Part shown: positions 27,309 to 38,523 of the stretch, piece by piece
Layout: each line of letters begins with the position of its first letter
Position numbering within the stretch: position 1 is the first letter of the stretch
Assembly: GCA_963826805.1 (NCBI GenBank)
Contig: CAWGYE010000004.1
Coordinates: 405,571 to 469,570, forward strand
Length of the DNA: 64,000 nucleotides
From: an uncultured Alphaproteobacteria bacterium
Lineage (GTDB): Bacteria > Pseudomonadota > Alphaproteobacteria > Sphingomonadales > Sphingomonadaceae
Reading direction: 5' to 3'
The notes under the pieces: model-generated
The model's database searches: none
Told to the model about the DNA's origin: nothing
What the model saw: the letters and a program-made list of their open reading frames with translations, nothing else
Translations under genes and position numbers: made by a program

Positions 27309-29309
27309 ATGTTGAAATTGCACGCCCTTATCTGGGCCGCGGCGATGGCTGCGGCGACGCCTCTCCTCGCGCAGCGGCCGGCGCCGGCCGCGCCGGCCGG
27401 GCCGGCTGCCGCGAGCGCGCTGTTCGGGACGCGGCCGAGCGTTTCCTTCCTCGATATCTCGCCGAGCGGCCGCTACGCCGTCTATATCGCGCCGGCGCGC
27501 GGCACCGCCTCGGCGGCGGTCGTCGCCGACCTGCAGGCCGGCGGCGAGGCGCGCCCGATCCTGCGCGCCAGCGGCCAGCCCGAGCGGCTCGCCTGGTGCC
27601 GCTTCGTCAGCGACGCCCGGCTGATCTGCCAGATCCGCGGCCTCGGCAATGTCGAGGGCCAGCTGATCCCGTTCAGCCGCCTGTTCGCGGTCAATGCCGA
27701 CGGCTCGGACATCCGCGAGCTCGGCCAGCGCAGGTCGTTCGACGACGCCCGCCTGCGCCAGTTCGACGCCGCCATCCTCGACTGGCTGCCACGGGACGGC
27801 ACCGCCGTGCTGATGGAGCGCGACTATGTGCCCGAGGGGCGCCAGACCGGCACCCGCACCAGCCGCCGCGCCGACGGGCTCGGCGTCGACCGGCTCGACA
27901 TCACCACGCTGCGGGTGACCCAGATCGAGCCGCCGAGCGATCAGGCCTCCGGCTACATGACCGACGGCCGCGGCAACATCCGGATGATGATCCAGGCGCG
28001 CACCGCCGGCGAAGGGCAGCGCATCTCGCGCACGGACTTTCTCTACCGCCTGGCGGATTCGCGCGGCTGGCGCGAGTTCTCGAGCTACGACTATGTCAGC
28101 CGCGACGGCATGTACCCGATCGCGATCGACGGCGAGCGCAACGTCGCCTACGCGCTGAGGAAGCTGAACGGCCGGCTCGCGCTCTACCGGGTGCGGCTCG
28201 ACGAGAGCCTCTTCAGCGAGCTGGTCTACGCCAACGAGCGGGTCGACGTGGACTATGCCGTCCGGCTCGGCCGCGGCGGCCCGGTGATCGGCGCCGCCTA
28301 TACCGACGACCGCGAGCGCATCCATTATTTCGACCGGGAATATGAGCAGCTCGCCGCCACCCTGTCCCGCTCGATCCCGGGCAACCCGGCGATCGGCTTC
28401 CGCGACGTCACCGCCGACGGCAGCAAGATCCTGATCTTCGCGTCGAGCGATTCCAACCCCGGCCGCTACTATCTCTACGACCGCGGCCGGCGCGCGCTGG
28501 AGGAGATCATGTCGGTGCGGCCGCAGCTCGACGAGGTCCGCCTCGCCGCCGTCCGGCCGATCGCCTATCCCGCCGCCGACGGCGTCCAGGTCCCGGCCTA
28601 TCTGACGCTGCCGCCGGGCCGCCAGGACGCGCGCGGCCTGCCGGGCGTGGTGCTGCCGCACGGCGGGCCGAGCGCGCGCGACACCGGCGGGTTCGACGAG
28701 CTGGCCCAGTATCTCGCCCATCTCGGCTATGCGGTGCTGCAGCCCAATTATCGCGGCTCCGAAGGCTATGGCGACGAATGGATGGCGCAGAACGGCTTCC
28801 GCGGGTGGCAGACCTCGATCGGCGACGTCACCGCGGGCGGCCGCTGGCTGGTCACCCAGGGCGTCGACGCCAACCGGCTGGGCATCGTCGGCTGGTCCTA
28901 TGGCGGCTATGCGGCGCTGCAATCGGGCGTGACCGAGCCCGGCCTGTTCAAGGCGATCGTCGCGATCGCGCCGGTCACCGACCTCGCCTTGCTCTGGGAG
29001 CAGGCCGAGGGCTTCACCAACTACCGGCTGGTGCGCGAGCAGGTCGGGCAGGGGCCGCATGTGCGCGCCGGCTCGCCGCTGCAGAATGTCGGGCGGATCA
29101 CCGCGCCGGTGCTGATGTTCCACGGCACCCGCGACATCAATGTCGCAGTGCTGCATTCGCAGCGCATGGACAGCGCGCTGCGCGGCGCCGGCAAGAACAG
29201 CGAGCTCGTCACCTTCGACGGCCTCGAGCACGACCTCGGCGACAGCCAGGCGCTGACCCGGATGTTCGCGCGGATCGGCGAATTCCTCGGCACCTCGCTG
29301 CGCCCCTGA
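27309..29309 (+). CDS. Secreted S9 family serine peptidase
   Basis: Signal peptide, propeller region, PHGGP, QPNYRGS, GWSYGG, HGTRD, LEH. Confidence 0.92.
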   Translation: MLKLHALIWAAAMAAATPLLAQRPAPAAPAGPAAASALFGTRPSVSFLDISPSGRYAVYIAPARGTASAAVVADLQAGGEARPILRASGQPERLAWCRFVSDARLICQIRGLGNVEGQLIPFSRLFAVNADGSDIRELGQRRSFDDARLRQFDAAILDWLPRDGTAVLMERDYVPEGRQTGTRTSRRADGLGVDRLDITTLRVTQIEPPSDQASGYMTDGRGNIRMMIQARTAGEGQRISRTDFLYRLADSRGWREFSSYDYVSRDGMYPIAIDGERNVAYALRKLNGRLALYRVRLDESLFSELVYANERVDVDYAVRLGRGGPVIGAAYTDDRERIHYFDREYEQLAATLSRSIPGNPAIGFRDVTADGSKILIFASSDSNPGRYYLYDRGRRALEEIMSVRPQLDEVRLAAVRPIAYPAADGVQVPAYLTLPPGRQDARGLPGVVLPHGGPSARDTGGFDELAQYLAHLGYAVLQPNYRGSEGYGDEWMAQNGFRGWQTSIGDVTAGGRWLVTQGVDANRLGIVGWSYGGYAALQSGVTEPGLFKAIVAIAPVTDLALLWEQAEGFTNYRLVREQVGQGPHVRAGSPLQNVGRITAPVLMFHGTRDINVAVLHSQRMDSALRGAGKNSELVTFDGLEHDLGDSQALTRMFARIGEFLGTSLRP

Positions 29310-29320
29310 GAGAGACGGAC

Positions 29321-31307
29321 ATGAAGAATATCATCATCCTCGCCGGCCTGATCGCGGCCTCCGCCGCGGCGGCGCAGCCCGCCGCCCAGCCCGCCGCCGA
29401 CCCGGCCAGCCTCTACGGCGTGCGGGAGAATATCGAGCATATCGACATCTCCCCCGACGGCAGCCGGGTCGTCTTCATGCAGCCGGGCCCCGGCCGCGAG
29501 ACGATCGCCTATGTCTACGAGCTCGCCGGCGGCGGCGCGGCCCGCCAGGTGGCACGCACGAGCGGCAGCCCGGAGCGGCTGCGCTGGTGCAATTTCGCCG
29601 CCAACGACCGGCTGGTCTGCCAGATCGTCGCGATGGACGCGACCGCGGGCTTCCTGATCCCGTTCGCGCGGCTCATCTCGGTCGACCTCGAGGGCGGCAA
29701 CCCGCAGCTGCTCGGCGAGCGCCGGTCGCAGGACGACGCCCGAATCCGGCAGAATGACGGTGCGATCATCGACTGGCTCGGCGGCAGCGAGGGCGCGGTG
29801 CTGATGGCGCGCGAATATGTGCCCGAGGCGGGCCGCGTGGGCTCGCGGGTCAGCCGCACCGCCGACGGCCTTTCGGTCGACCGGATCGACGTGCGCACCG
29901 CGCGCGCGACCCGGGTCGAGGCACCGAACCGCCGCGCCGGCGCCTATATCAGCGACGGCCGCGGCACGGTGCGGATCATGTCGACGCCCACCGTGCGCGG
30001 CAGCACCGGCCAGGCCGGCAGCCGCATCGACCATTTCTACCGGCCGCGCGGCGGCGGCGACTGGCGCCCGCTCGGCAGCCATGACGAGCTGAGCGGGGAG
30101 GGAATGATGCCGCTCGCCGTCGATGCCGAGCTCGATGCCGCCTATGTGCTGCGGAAATTGAACGGCCGCTTCGCCCTCTACCGGGTGAAGCTCGACGAGA
30201 GCCTGGCGAGCGAGCTGGTCTATGCCAACGAGCAGGTCGACGTGGACAATGTCGTGTTCGCCAATCGCGGCGCGCGGGTGATCGGCGTCACCTTCGCCGA
30301 CGAGCGGCGCCGGATCGTCTATTTCGACCAGGACTATGCCGCGATCGCGCGCGGCCTCTCCCGCGCCATCCCGAACCTGCCGCTGATCGATTTCGGCAGC
30401 ACCAGCAGCGACGGCAGCAAGGTCCTCGTCCACGCCGGCAGCGACACCGACGCCGGCCGCTATTACGTCTACGACCGCGCGACGCGCAGCCTCAACGAGC
30501 TGTTGATGGCGCGTCCCCCGCTCGAGAACCGGCCGGCCGCGACCGTCAGGGCGATCGCCTATCCCGCCGCGGACGGGGTGCCGGTCCCCGCCTACCTCAC
30601 CCTGCCGCCCGGCCGGACCGACGCGCGCGGCCTGCCGGCGGTGGTGTTCCCCCATGGCGGCCCGGCGGCGCGCGACGAATGGGGCTTCGACTGGATCGCC
30701 CAGTATCTTCGCGACCCAGGGCTATGCGGTGCTGCAGCCCAATTATCGCGGCTCGGCCGGCTATGGCGACGCCTGGCTGCAGCGCAACGGCTTCCAGAGC
30801 TGGCGCACCTCGATCGGCGACATCACCGCCGGCGCGCGCTGGCTCGCCGCCCAGGGCGCCGACGCGAACCGGATGGCGATCGTCGGCTGGTCCTATGGAG
30901 GCTATGCCGCGCTGCAGTCGGCGGTGGTCGAGCCCGGCCTGTTCCGGGCGGTGGTGGCGATCGCGCCGGTCACCGACCTGCAGCAGGCGAAGGAGGACTT
31001 CCGCCACTATACGGCGTCGCGCAACGTGACCGAATATATCGGCAGCGGCCCGCACATCGTCGAGGGCTCGCCGCTGCGCCATGCCGCGGCGATCCGCGCG
31101 CCGGTGCTGCTGTTCCACGGCGACCGCGACCTCAACGTCAACGTGATCCATTCGCGGCGGATGGACGATGCGCTGCGCGACGCCGGGCGGCCGAGCGAGC
31201 TCACCGTCTTCCCCGGCCTCGAGCACGACCTCGCCGACAGCCAGGCGAGGGTGCGGATGCTCGGACGGATCGGCACCTTCCTGCAGACCAACCTGGCGGC
31301 GCGCTGA
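29321..31307 (+). CDS. Secreted S9 family serine peptidase paralog (1-nt frameshift near 30707)
   Basis: MKNIIILAG... to WIAQY in one frame, FATQGYAVLQPNYRGS...GWSYGG in the next; collinear with the upstream paralog. Confidence 0.88.
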
Positions 31308-31326
31308 TACAGGAATGGTCGCTATC

Positions 31327-31437
31327 TCCCTCCCCCTTGGTGGGGGAGGGCTGGGGTGGGGGTGGACTCTCCGCCGGCACGGAGCCGGTCGTCCAGGTTC
31401 ACCCCACCCCTAACCCCTCCCCATCAAGGGGAGGGGA
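31327..31437. repeat. Family B palindromic element
   Basis: TCCCTCCCCCTTGGTGGGGGAGGG ... GGTTCACCCCACCCCTAACCCCTCCCCATCAAGGGGAGGGGA; near-identical right half to the 3765 copy. Confidence 0.9.
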
Positions 31438-31446
31438 AGGACCATG

Positions 31447-31479
31447 AAAAAGGGCGGCCGTTGCCGGACCGCCCTTTTT
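31447..31479. terminator. Bidirectional intrinsic terminator
   Basis: AAAAAGGGCGG...CCGCCCTTTTT between convergent S9 and rpsD genes. Confidence 0.8.
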
Positions 31480-31501
31480 GGATTTCCGAGGCCTGAGCCG
31501 G

Positions 31502-32116
31502 TCAGCGCGAGTAGAACTCGACGACCAGATTGGGCTCCATGCGCACCGGATAGGGGACCTCGTCGAGCGACGGCACGCGGTTGAACACCGCTTTGGTGGC
31601 GCCGTCCGGGACGATGTAGTCGGGGATGTCGCGCTCGGGCAGGCCCTGCGCCTCCATCACCAGCGCCATCTCCTGCGCCTTGGGGCCGAGCTCGATCAGG
31701 TCGCCGACCTCGACCTTGGCCGAGGCGATGTTGAGCTTCTTGCCGTTGACGCGGATGTGGCCGTGATTGACCAGCTGGCGCGCGGCCCAGATCGTGGGCG
31801 CGAACTTGGCGCGATAGACGACCGCGTCGAGCCGGCGCTCGAGCAGGCCGATCAGGTTCTGGCCGGTGTCGCCCTTCATCTTCGCGGCGTCGGTATAAGC
31901 GCGCTTGAACTGCTTTTCGGTGACGTCGCCATAATAGCCCTTGAGCTTCTGCTTGGCGCGCAGCTGGATGCCGAAATCCGACATCTTGCCCTTGCGGCGC
32001 TGGCCGTGCTGGCCGGGTCCGTATTCGCGGCGGTTGACCGGGCTCTTGGGCCGTCCGAAGACGTTCTCGCCCATCCGGCGGTCGAGCTTGTACTTGGCGC
32101 TGGTGCGCTTCGACAT
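31502..32116 (-). CDS. rpsD: 30S ribosomal protein S4
   Basis: [42 protein letters not shown]. Confidence 0.98.
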   Translation of the reverse strand: MSKRTSAKYKLDRRMGENVFGRPKSPVNRREYGPGQHGQRRKGKMSDFGIQLRAKQKLKGYYGDVTEKQFKRAYTDAAKMKGDTGQNLIGLLERRLDAVVYRAKFAPTIWAARQLVNHGHIRVNGKKLNIASAKVEVGDLIELGPKAQEMALVMEAQGLPERDIPDYIVPDGATKAVFNRVPSLDEVPYPVRMEPNLVVEFYSR

Positions 32117-32313
32117 TTTCTTACTCCAATTTGCTTCGTCAGATCCCTGGACCGCACCGCCGGACCGTTACGCGTCCGGCGCGGCCGCCGCTTCACCAGG
32201 GGTGCGGGGCCAATTGCGAAGGCGGGCACATGGCGGCAAAGCCCCGCAAAGTCAACGCCGTTCGCGCCGCCGGGCGGGCCGGCGGCGGGACGCGGGGCCG
32301 CGGCGGCGAGCGC

Positions 32314-32574
32314 CTATTCGTCGGAGCGGTGGACGCGGGTGGTCTGGGCGCGGTCGATCTGGTTGCGGGAGTCGCGGCGCAGCGCCTCCCATTCGGCGCG
32401 GGTGCGGCAGACGCGGGACCGGGCGAGCCGGGTGCCGAGATCGGCGACGTTGCGGCAGATCACCCGATTGTCGTCGGCGTCGGCCGATTCCGATTGGGTG
32501 CCGCTCGGCGCCTGGGCCGCAGCGGCGGTCGACGCCAAAAGGGCGCCGGTAAGCAAAACCAAGCTCTTCATCAT
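32314..32574 (-). CDS. Small secreted Cys-motif protein, array member 1
   Basis: Signal peptide; C-x6-GTRL-x5-C-x-T-x-AEW; GGAG RBS. Confidence 0.8.
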   Translation of the reverse strand: MMKSLVLLTGALLASTAAAAQAPSGTQSESADADDNRVICRNVADLGTRLARSRVCRTRAEWEALRRDSRNQIDRAQTTRVHRSDE

Positions 32575-32715
32575 CTACTCCATCCTGGATCCGCTGGCGG
32601 CGCCCCCTTCGATGCCGCGGCCGAGCGAACGAGCCCTGTGGCCAACTGGCGGAATCGGGGGCGAAAAGTCAAGCGAATCGGTGACTTGGGTATCTCTCAT
32701 ATGGACAGGCCGGGT

Positions 32716-32976
32716 TCAGCAATTGGGCGGGCAGGTAGTGGCCTTGAAGGCCTGGATGCGGTCGACCGTCTGGCGCGCCTCGGCCTTGTGCTCGTCATGC
32801 TCGGCCTTGGTCCGGCAGCGGCGCTGGCGGTTGAGGCGGCTGCCGATCTCGACGTTGGTCTCGCAGATCTTCTTGGTGCTCGACTTGGACGATCGCGGGG
32901 CCGGCTCCTGCGCGCCGACGACGGCGAGCGGAATGGCGACGACGGCGACGGCCGCGATGAGGTTACGAATGATCAC
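32716..32976 (-). CDS. Small secreted Cys-motif protein, array member 2
   Basis: GTG start after GGGAG; C-x6-GSRL-x5-C; ends TCPPNC. Confidence 0.8.
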   Translation of the reverse strand: MIIRNLIAAVAVVAIPLAVVGAQEPAPRSSKSSTKKICETNVEIGSRLNRQRRCRTKAEHDEHKAEARQTVDRIQAFKATTCPPNC

Positions 32977-33110
32977 GCGCTTCTCCCGCTTGGCCCCTTG
33001 ACCCGCCGCCCCCCGGCGGGAGGGCTGGCTAGCATCGCCCGGCGACACCATCAAGAACCTCGATCAACTGCCCCGCGGCGCCTGAACCCCGGGTGAAGGC
33101 GCGATCCGGC

Positions 33111-33404
33111 TCAGCAGCCGCGCGGGCCCGCGGCCCTGCAGGCGCCGCCGCCCGTCAGCGTCCCGCTGCCCGCCTTGCCCGACTGGATGCGCTGGACGGT
33201 CTTCTGAGCCTCGGCCCGGGCTTCGATCCACTCGGCCTCCGTCATGCAGCGGCGCACCGCGCCGAGGCGGCTGCCGATCGGCTGGTCGACCTCGCATATC
33301 CGCTTGAGCCTCGGCTTGGATTGGGACGGCGCCTGGGCGTGGCCGGCAACGGCGAGGGGGACGACGACCACCGCGAGCGCCGCGAGCAGGTTGCGGGCAA
33401 TCAC
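33111..33404 (-). CDS. Small secreted Cys-motif protein, array member 3
   Basis: MIARNLLA signal; same core; ends CRAAGPRGC. Confidence 0.82.
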   Translation of the reverse strand: MIARNLLAALAVVVVPLAVAGHAQAPSQSKPRLKRICEVDQPIGSRLGAVRRCMTEAEWIEARAEAQKTVQRIQSGKAGSGTLTGGGACRAAGPRGC

Positions 33405-33429
33405 AGGCGCCGTCCTGCCGAGCGCTTCG

Positions 33430-33723
33430 TCAGCAATGGCCCGGGCGGGAGCCCCTGCAACCGGTCGGGCCCCACATCGCCTCGGTGAAGTTCTTCTGCG
33501 ACTGGATGCGCTCGGTGGCCTTCTGGCTGTCGGCCTTCGCCTGCGCCCGTTCGGCGCGGGTCATGCAGCGGCGCACGCCGCCGAGTCGGCTGCCGGTGGC
33601 TTGATCCACCTCGCACACCCGCTTGGCGGTTTCCTTGGATTCGGTCGGGGCCTGGGCGTAGCCGGCGGCGGTGAGTGGGATGGCGACGACGGCGACGGCC
33701 GCCAGGAAAATGCGAGCGATCAC
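33430..33723 (-). CDS. Small secreted Cys-motif protein, array member 4
   Basis: GGAGG RBS; MIARIFLA signal; same core; ends CRGSRPGHC. Confidence 0.82.
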   Translation of the reverse strand: MIARIFLAAVAVVAIPLTAAGYAQAPTESKETAKRVCEVDQATGSRLGGVRRCMTRAERAQAKADSQKATERIQSQKNFTEAMWGPTGCRGSRPGHC

Positions 33724-33810
33724 AAGCGCCTCCGGTCAAGCTCGCCCTGATTGGGCAGCTGCCTCGGTATCATCACCGTGCCCGCGCATCAAGGCCGGCG
33801 GTCGCGCGGC

Positions 33811-34125
33811 TCAGCAGACGCGCGGGCCGGCGCGGCAGATGCCCGAGCCGTAGGGGCCGCGAAAGCCCGCCTGGTACATGGCCTCGCTGAAATGCTTTCC
33901 TGACTGGATGCGGTCGGTCATCTGCTGACCTTCCGCCTGTACCTGCTCCCGTTCGGCCCGGGTCAGGCAGCGGCGCACCCGGCCCAGCCGGGTCCCGATC
34001 TGCTCGGTCACCTCGCAGGTCCTTCGGGTCTCGGCGCGGGATTTGGCCGGGGCCTGGGCGTGGCCGGCGGCCGCGAGCGGAACCGCGACGACGGCGACGG
34101 CGGCCAGGAAAATGCGCGCGATCAT
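33811..34125 (-). CDS. Small secreted Cys-motif protein, array member 5
   Basis: GGAGG RBS, ATG 34125 (hidden inside a longer track ORF); same core; ends CRAGPRVC. Confidence 0.82.
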   Translation of the reverse strand: MIARIFLAAVAVVAVPLAAAGHAQAPAKSRAETRRTCEVTEQIGTRLGRVRRCLTRAEREQVQAEGQQMTDRIQSGKHFSEAMYQAGFRGPYGSGICRAGPRVC

Positions 34126-34190
34126 GGGCACCTCCGCTCGAGCACGCCCCCATCGGGCATGCCTTGGGGTACCATCCGCCCGGCTCGCCA

Positions 34191-34916
34191 TCAAGAGCGG
34201 CGGCGCGGCTCGGCGAGCGCCCGCACGATGCCGCGCAGCGCCTGCACCTCGCGCGCCGACCAGCCGGCCTTGGTGAGGATGGTGCGGATCGTGTTGCGGG
34301 TCGCGGGCGTGCGGTCGGGGGGGTGGAAATAGTCGGCCGCCGCCAGCGCCGCGTAGAGCTGGACGATCAGCCCCTCGAGATGCGCCTGGCTGGCGCGCGG
34401 CTCGGCGGGATCGCCTTCGGTGGGAACGGCGAGCCCGGCCTGCTTCGACCATTCGTAGGCGATGAGGATCACCGCCTGGGCGAGGTTGAGCGAGCTGAAC
34501 TCGGGGTTGACCGCCACGGTGACGATGCTGCCGGCCAGCGCCACCTCCTCGGTCTCCAGCCCGGAGCGCTCGGCGCCGAACAGGAAGGCCGATTGTCCCA
34601 GATTGAGATGGACCTGGCGCCCGGCCTCCTCCGCCGAGATCACCGGCACCACCAGCCCGCGCTTGCGCACCGTGGTCGCATAGACATGGGCGCAATCGGC
34701 CACTGCCTCGGCGACCGTGTCGAAGACCCGCGCCCGCTCGAGCACCAGGTCCGCGCCCGACGCCGCCGGCCCCGCCGAGGGATTGGGCCAGCCGTCGCGC
34801 GGCGCCACCAGCCTGAGGTCGGTCAGGGAGAAATTGAGCATCGCCCGCGCCGCCTTGCCGATATTCTCGCCCAGCTGCGGCCGCACGAGGACGATCGCCG
34901 GCGCCCCCCCGCTCAC
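34191..34916 (-). CDS. trmJ: TrmJ/LasT family SPOUT RNA methyltransferase
   Basis: [34 protein letters not shown]. Confidence 0.88.
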   Translation of the reverse strand: MSGGAPAIVLVRPQLGENIGKAARAMLNFSLTDLRLVAPRDGWPNPSAGPAASGADLVLERARVFDTVAEAVADCAHVYATTVRKRGLVVPVISAEEAGRQVHLNLGQSAFLFGAERSGLETEEVALAGSIVTVAVNPEFSSLNLAQAVILIAYEWSKQAGLAVPTEGDPAEPRASQAHLEGLIVQLYAALAAADYFHPPDRTPATRNTIRTILTKAGWSAREVQALRGIVRALAEPRRRS

Positions 34917-35374
34917 TCTCTCCCCGCTTCGCTCACCGTCCCGGCAAAGTCCTCGAAGTCCTTGGCTTCGCGGAAGTCCTTATAGACCGAGGCGAAGCGG
35001 ATATAGGCGACGGGGTCGAGCGCCTTCAGCCCTTCCATCACCATCTGGCCGATCCGGGCCGAGGGCATCTCGCTCTCGCCCGAGGTCTCGATCTGGCGCT
35101 GGATCGACGAGGCGAGGCGCTCGATCCGCTCGGAAGGCACCGGGCGCTTGCGGCAGGCGATCTCGATCGAGCGCTCGAGCTTGCTGCGCTCGAACGGCTC
35201 GCGCCGGTTCTCGGACTTGACCACGGTCAGCTCGCGCAGCTGGACGCGCTCGAAGGTGGTGAAGCGGGCGCCGCAATCCTCGCACTGGCGGCGGCGGCGG
35301 ATGGCGGAGCCGTCCTCGGTGGGACGGCTGTCCTTCACCTGGCTGTTCTCGTGGCCGCAGAACGGACAGCGCAA
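34913..35374 (-). CDS. nrdR: Transcriptional repressor NrdR
   Basis: [32 protein letters not shown]. Confidence 0.97.
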   Translation of the reverse strand: MRCPFCGHENSQVKDSRPTEDGSAIRRRRQCEDCGARFTTFERVQLRELTVVKSENRREPFERSKLERSIEIACRKRPVPSERIERLASSIQRQIETSGESEMPSARIGQMVMEGLKALDPVAYIRFASVYKDFREAKDFEDFAGTVSEAGRE

Positions 35375-36676
35375 CTATTGCTCCGGGTAGATCGGGAATT
35401 TGGCGCACAGCGCCCGGACGCGTTCGCGAACCGCGGCCTCGACCGCGCCATTGCCTTCCGCGCCATGGGCGTGGAGGCCTTCGAGCACGTCGGCGACCAT
35501 GTCGGCGATGTCGCGGAACTCGGCGACCCCGAAGCCCCGGGTGGTGCCGGCCGGCGAGCCGACGCGGATGCCGCTGGTCTTGACCGGCGGCAGCGGGTCG
35601 AACGGGACGCCGTTCTTGTTGCAGGTGATCGCGGCGCGCTCGAGCGCCTCGTCGGCATCGCGGCCGGTGACGCCGATCGGCCTGAGGTCGACCAAAGCGA
35701 GATGGGTGTCGGTGCCGCCCGAGACGAGGTCGGCGCCGCGCTCCTTGAGGCGGCCGGCGAGCGCCTTGGCGTTGGCGATGACGGCGCGGGCATAAGTCTT
35801 GAAATCGGGCCTCAGCGCCTCGCCGAAGGCGACCGCCTTGGCGGCGATGACGTGCATCAGCGGGCCGCCCTGCAGCCCGGGGAAGACCGCCGAGTTGATC
35901 TTCTTGGCGATCGCCTCGTCGTCGGTCAGCACCATGCCACCCCGGGGCCCGCGCAGGGTCTTGTGGGTGGTGGTGGTGACGACATGGGCATGGCCGAAGG
36001 GGGTGGGGTGCTCGCCCGCCGCCACCAGCCCGGCGAAATGGGCCATGTCGCACATGAAGATCGCGCCGACCTCGTCGGCGATGGCGCGGAAGCGGGCGAA
36101 GTCGATGTGCCGCGGATAGGCCGAGCCGCCGGCGATGATCAGGGTGGGCTTGTGCTCCCTCGCGAGCCGCTCGACCTCGTCGAAATCGATCAGGTGATCG
36201 TCGGGGCGCACGCCATATTGGACGGCGTTGAACCATTTGCCGGACATGGCGGGCTTGGCGCCGTGGGTGAGGTGGCCGCCGGCGTCGAGCGACATGCCGA
36301 GGATGGTGTCGCCGGGCCTGGTCAGGGCCAGCATCACCGCCCCGTTCGCCTGCGCGCCGCTATGCGGCTGCACGTTGGCAAAACCGCAATCAAACAATTG
36401 CTTGGCGCGCTCTATTGCCAGCGTCTCTACAGAATCGGAAGGGGCGCAGCCCTGATAGTAGCGGCGGCCCGGATAGCCTTCGGCATATTTGTTGGTGAGC
36501 ACCGAGCCCTGCGCCTCGAGCACGGCGCGCGAGACGATATTCTCCGACGCGATCAGCTCGATCTGGTTCTGCTGCCGGTCGAGCTCGGCCGCGACGGCGT
36601 CGGCGACGGCGCCGTCGGCCTGGCCCAGCCGGTCGGTGAAGAAGCCGTCGGCCTCGTCGATCGGGCGGCTGCTCAT
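35375..36676 (-). CDS. glyA: Serine hydroxymethyltransferase
   Basis: [40 protein letters not shown]. Confidence 0.98.
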   Translation of the reverse strand: MSSRPIDEADGFFTDRLGQADGAVADAVAAELDRQQNQIELIASENIVSRAVLEAQGSVLTNKYAEGYPGRRYYQGCAPSDSVETLAIERAKQLFDCGFANVQPHSGAQANGAVMLALTRPGDTILGMSLDAGGHLTHGAKPAMSGKWFNAVQYGVRPDDHLIDFDEVERLAREHKPTLIIAGGSAYPRHIDFARFRAIADEVGAIFMCDMAHFAGLVAAGEHPTPFGHAHVVTTTTHKTLRGPRGGMVLTDDEAIAKKINSAVFPGLQGGPLMHVIAAKAVAFGEALRPDFKTYARAVIANAKALAGRLKERGADLVSGGTDTHLALVDLRPIGVTGRDADEALERAAITCNKNGVPFDPLPPVKTSGIRVGSPAGTTRGFGVAEFRDIADMVADVLEGLHAHGAEGNGAVEAAVRERVRALCAKFPIYPEQ

Positions 36677-37125
36677 GCATGCTCCTTGCTGAAATGGGGG
36701 TGGGAGAGCTTCTCGACCCGGCGCGAATGGCGGTCGCCGGCGAATGCGGTGGAGAGAAAGGCGACGATGCAGGCCTTGGCCATCTCGATGCCGATCAGCC
36801 GCGCGCCCATCGCGATGACGTTGGCATCGTTGTGCTGGCGCGCGAGGGTGGCGGAGAGCGGCTCGTCGACGCGGGCGCAGCGGCAGGCCGGGTGGCGGTT
36901 GGCGGCGATCGAGATGCCGATCCCCGAGCCGCACAGGGCGATGCCGCGCTCGGCCCGCCCGGCGGCGACCGCCTCGGCCAGCTTGTAGCCATAATCGGGA
37001 TAGTCGACCGATTCGACGCCCTCCGGCCCGAGGTCGTCGACGTCATGACCTTCCTCGCCGAGCCACGCGACAAGATCGGCCTTGAGCGCGACGGCGGCGT
37101 GGTCGGAAGCGATGGCGATCCGCAT
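36673..37125 (-). CDS. rpiB: Ribose-5-phosphate isomerase B
   Basis: IASDHA, DYPD, CGSGIG, HNDANV, GARLIG. Confidence 0.95.
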   Translation of the reverse strand: MRIAIASDHAAVALKADLVAWLGEEGHDVDDLGPEGVESVDYPDYGYKLAEAVAAGRAERGIALCGSGIGISIAANRHPACRCARVDEPLSATLARQHNDANVIAMGARLIGIEMAKACIVAFLSTAFAGDRHSRRVEKLSHPHFSKEHA

Positions 37126-37261
37126 GGGGCACGTCCCTAGGCGCTCGGGGCCGGATTCGCCAGCGCTTGATCGAATTTATCCCCGGCTTCGTCGGGCGGG
37201 CTTTGCGCTTTGCCGCGGGATCGGGCGGATGGCGGGCAGGGGACGAGAAAAGGAGCGCATC

Positions 37262-38368
37262 ATGATGCGTTGGCTCGTCTTCGCCTTGCTGTTCGCAGCA
37301 TCTCCCCTCCGCGCCCAGCCGGATCTGGCCCCCTATGCGGCGCGTCAGATCGCGCCGGGCGTCCACCTGCTCGCGACTCCGCCCGAATATCGAGGCGCCG
37401 TCACCGGCAACATCACCGTCATCGAGCAGAGCGACGGCGTCGTGGTCATCGACAGCGGCCTTACCCGCGCGGACGGGCGGCGCGCCGCCCAATTCATCCG
37501 CTCGATCACGCGCAGGCCGGTGAAGGCGCTGGTCTACACCCACTGGCACAACGATCATCCGCAGGGCGGCTCGGAGATCCGCGCCGCCTGGCCGCGCGTC
37601 AGAATCATCTCCACGCCGGCGACCCTGCGCGCGCTGCAGGGCCCCATTCAGCGCTATGTCAGCCTGCGCCCCGACGAGCGCATGGAGACGATCTTCCTCA
37701 ATCAAAGCGCGGCCACGCTCGCCTTCGTCGCCGCGCAGCTTCGCAATCCGCAGCATGACGAGGCGACCAGGGCCCGCTATCGCCGGATGGAGGCCGATAC
37801 CCGCGAGCGCATGACGGCGATCCGCGGCACCTATCTGGTCCTTCCGACCGAAACCTTCGCCGACGAGCTCAGGCTCGACGACCCCGTCCGGCCGGTCCAT
37901 CTGCGCTTCCTCGGACGCGCCAATACCGACGGCGACGCCATCGCCTGGCTGCCGAACGAGCGGATCGTCGTCACTGGCGACATCGTCGTCTCGCCCGTCC
38001 CGTTCGGCTTCTTCAGCTTTCCCGCCGACTGGATCGAGGTGCTGCGGCGGATCAAGGCGCTGAACTACCGTATCCTGATCCCGGGGCACGGCGAGCCGCA
38101 GATCGACACGGCCTATGTGGACCGGCTCATCGCGACGCTCACCGACCTGCGCGCCCAGATCGGCCCGCTCGCCGCGCAGGGGCTGAGCCTCGAGGACGTG
38201 CAGCGCCGGGTCGACTGGTCGGCGCAGCGCGCGATCTTCGGCGACACCCCGCGCAACCGCCTGCTGTTCGACGCCTATTGGCTGACCCCGATGACGATCA
38301 ACACCTACATGGAAGCGCGCGGTCAGGAGATGGTGCAGGGCGAGGAGAGCCTCTACCCGGGCAATTGA
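37262..38368 (+). CDS. Secreted MBL-fold metallo-hydrolase
   Basis: AAGGAG RBS; signal peptide; VVIDSG, THWHNDH, TGD, IPGHG. Confidence 0.85.
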   Translation: MMRWLVFALLFAASPLRAQPDLAPYAARQIAPGVHLLATPPEYRGAVTGNITVIEQSDGVVVIDSGLTRADGRRAAQFIRSITRRPVKALVYTHWHNDHPQGGSEIRAAWPRVRIISTPATLRALQGPIQRYVSLRPDERMETIFLNQSAATLAFVAAQLRNPQHDEATRARYRRMEADTRERMTAIRGTYLVLPTETFADELRLDDPVRPVHLRFLGRANTDGDAIAWLPNERIVVTGDIVVSPVPFGFFSFPADWIEVLRRIKALNYRILIPGHGEPQIDTAYVDRLIATLTDLRAQIGPLAAQGLSLEDVQRRVDWSAQRAIFGDTPRNRLLFDAYWLTPMTINTYMEARGQEMVQGEESLYPGN

Positions 38369-38523
38369 AGATGACATCCTCGGGGCGGCTGATAGGATGT
38401 GGCCCGCGCGCCGTCGGCATGATTGCAAGCGACGGCTCCGCACGGTTCTTCTCCCGGCGATGGTTTCGGTGATAGTTGGGCGGCGTTGCCACTCACGTTG
38501 GCGTCGTTGTCAGGGATTTGCGG

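Noticed and set aside
31316-31413. Mini-ORF MVAISLPLGGGGLGWG through the family B copy after the S9 genes
   Set aside because: Not coupled to an upstream stop, ends inside the element and has no downstream co-directional gene, so not counted as a bridge
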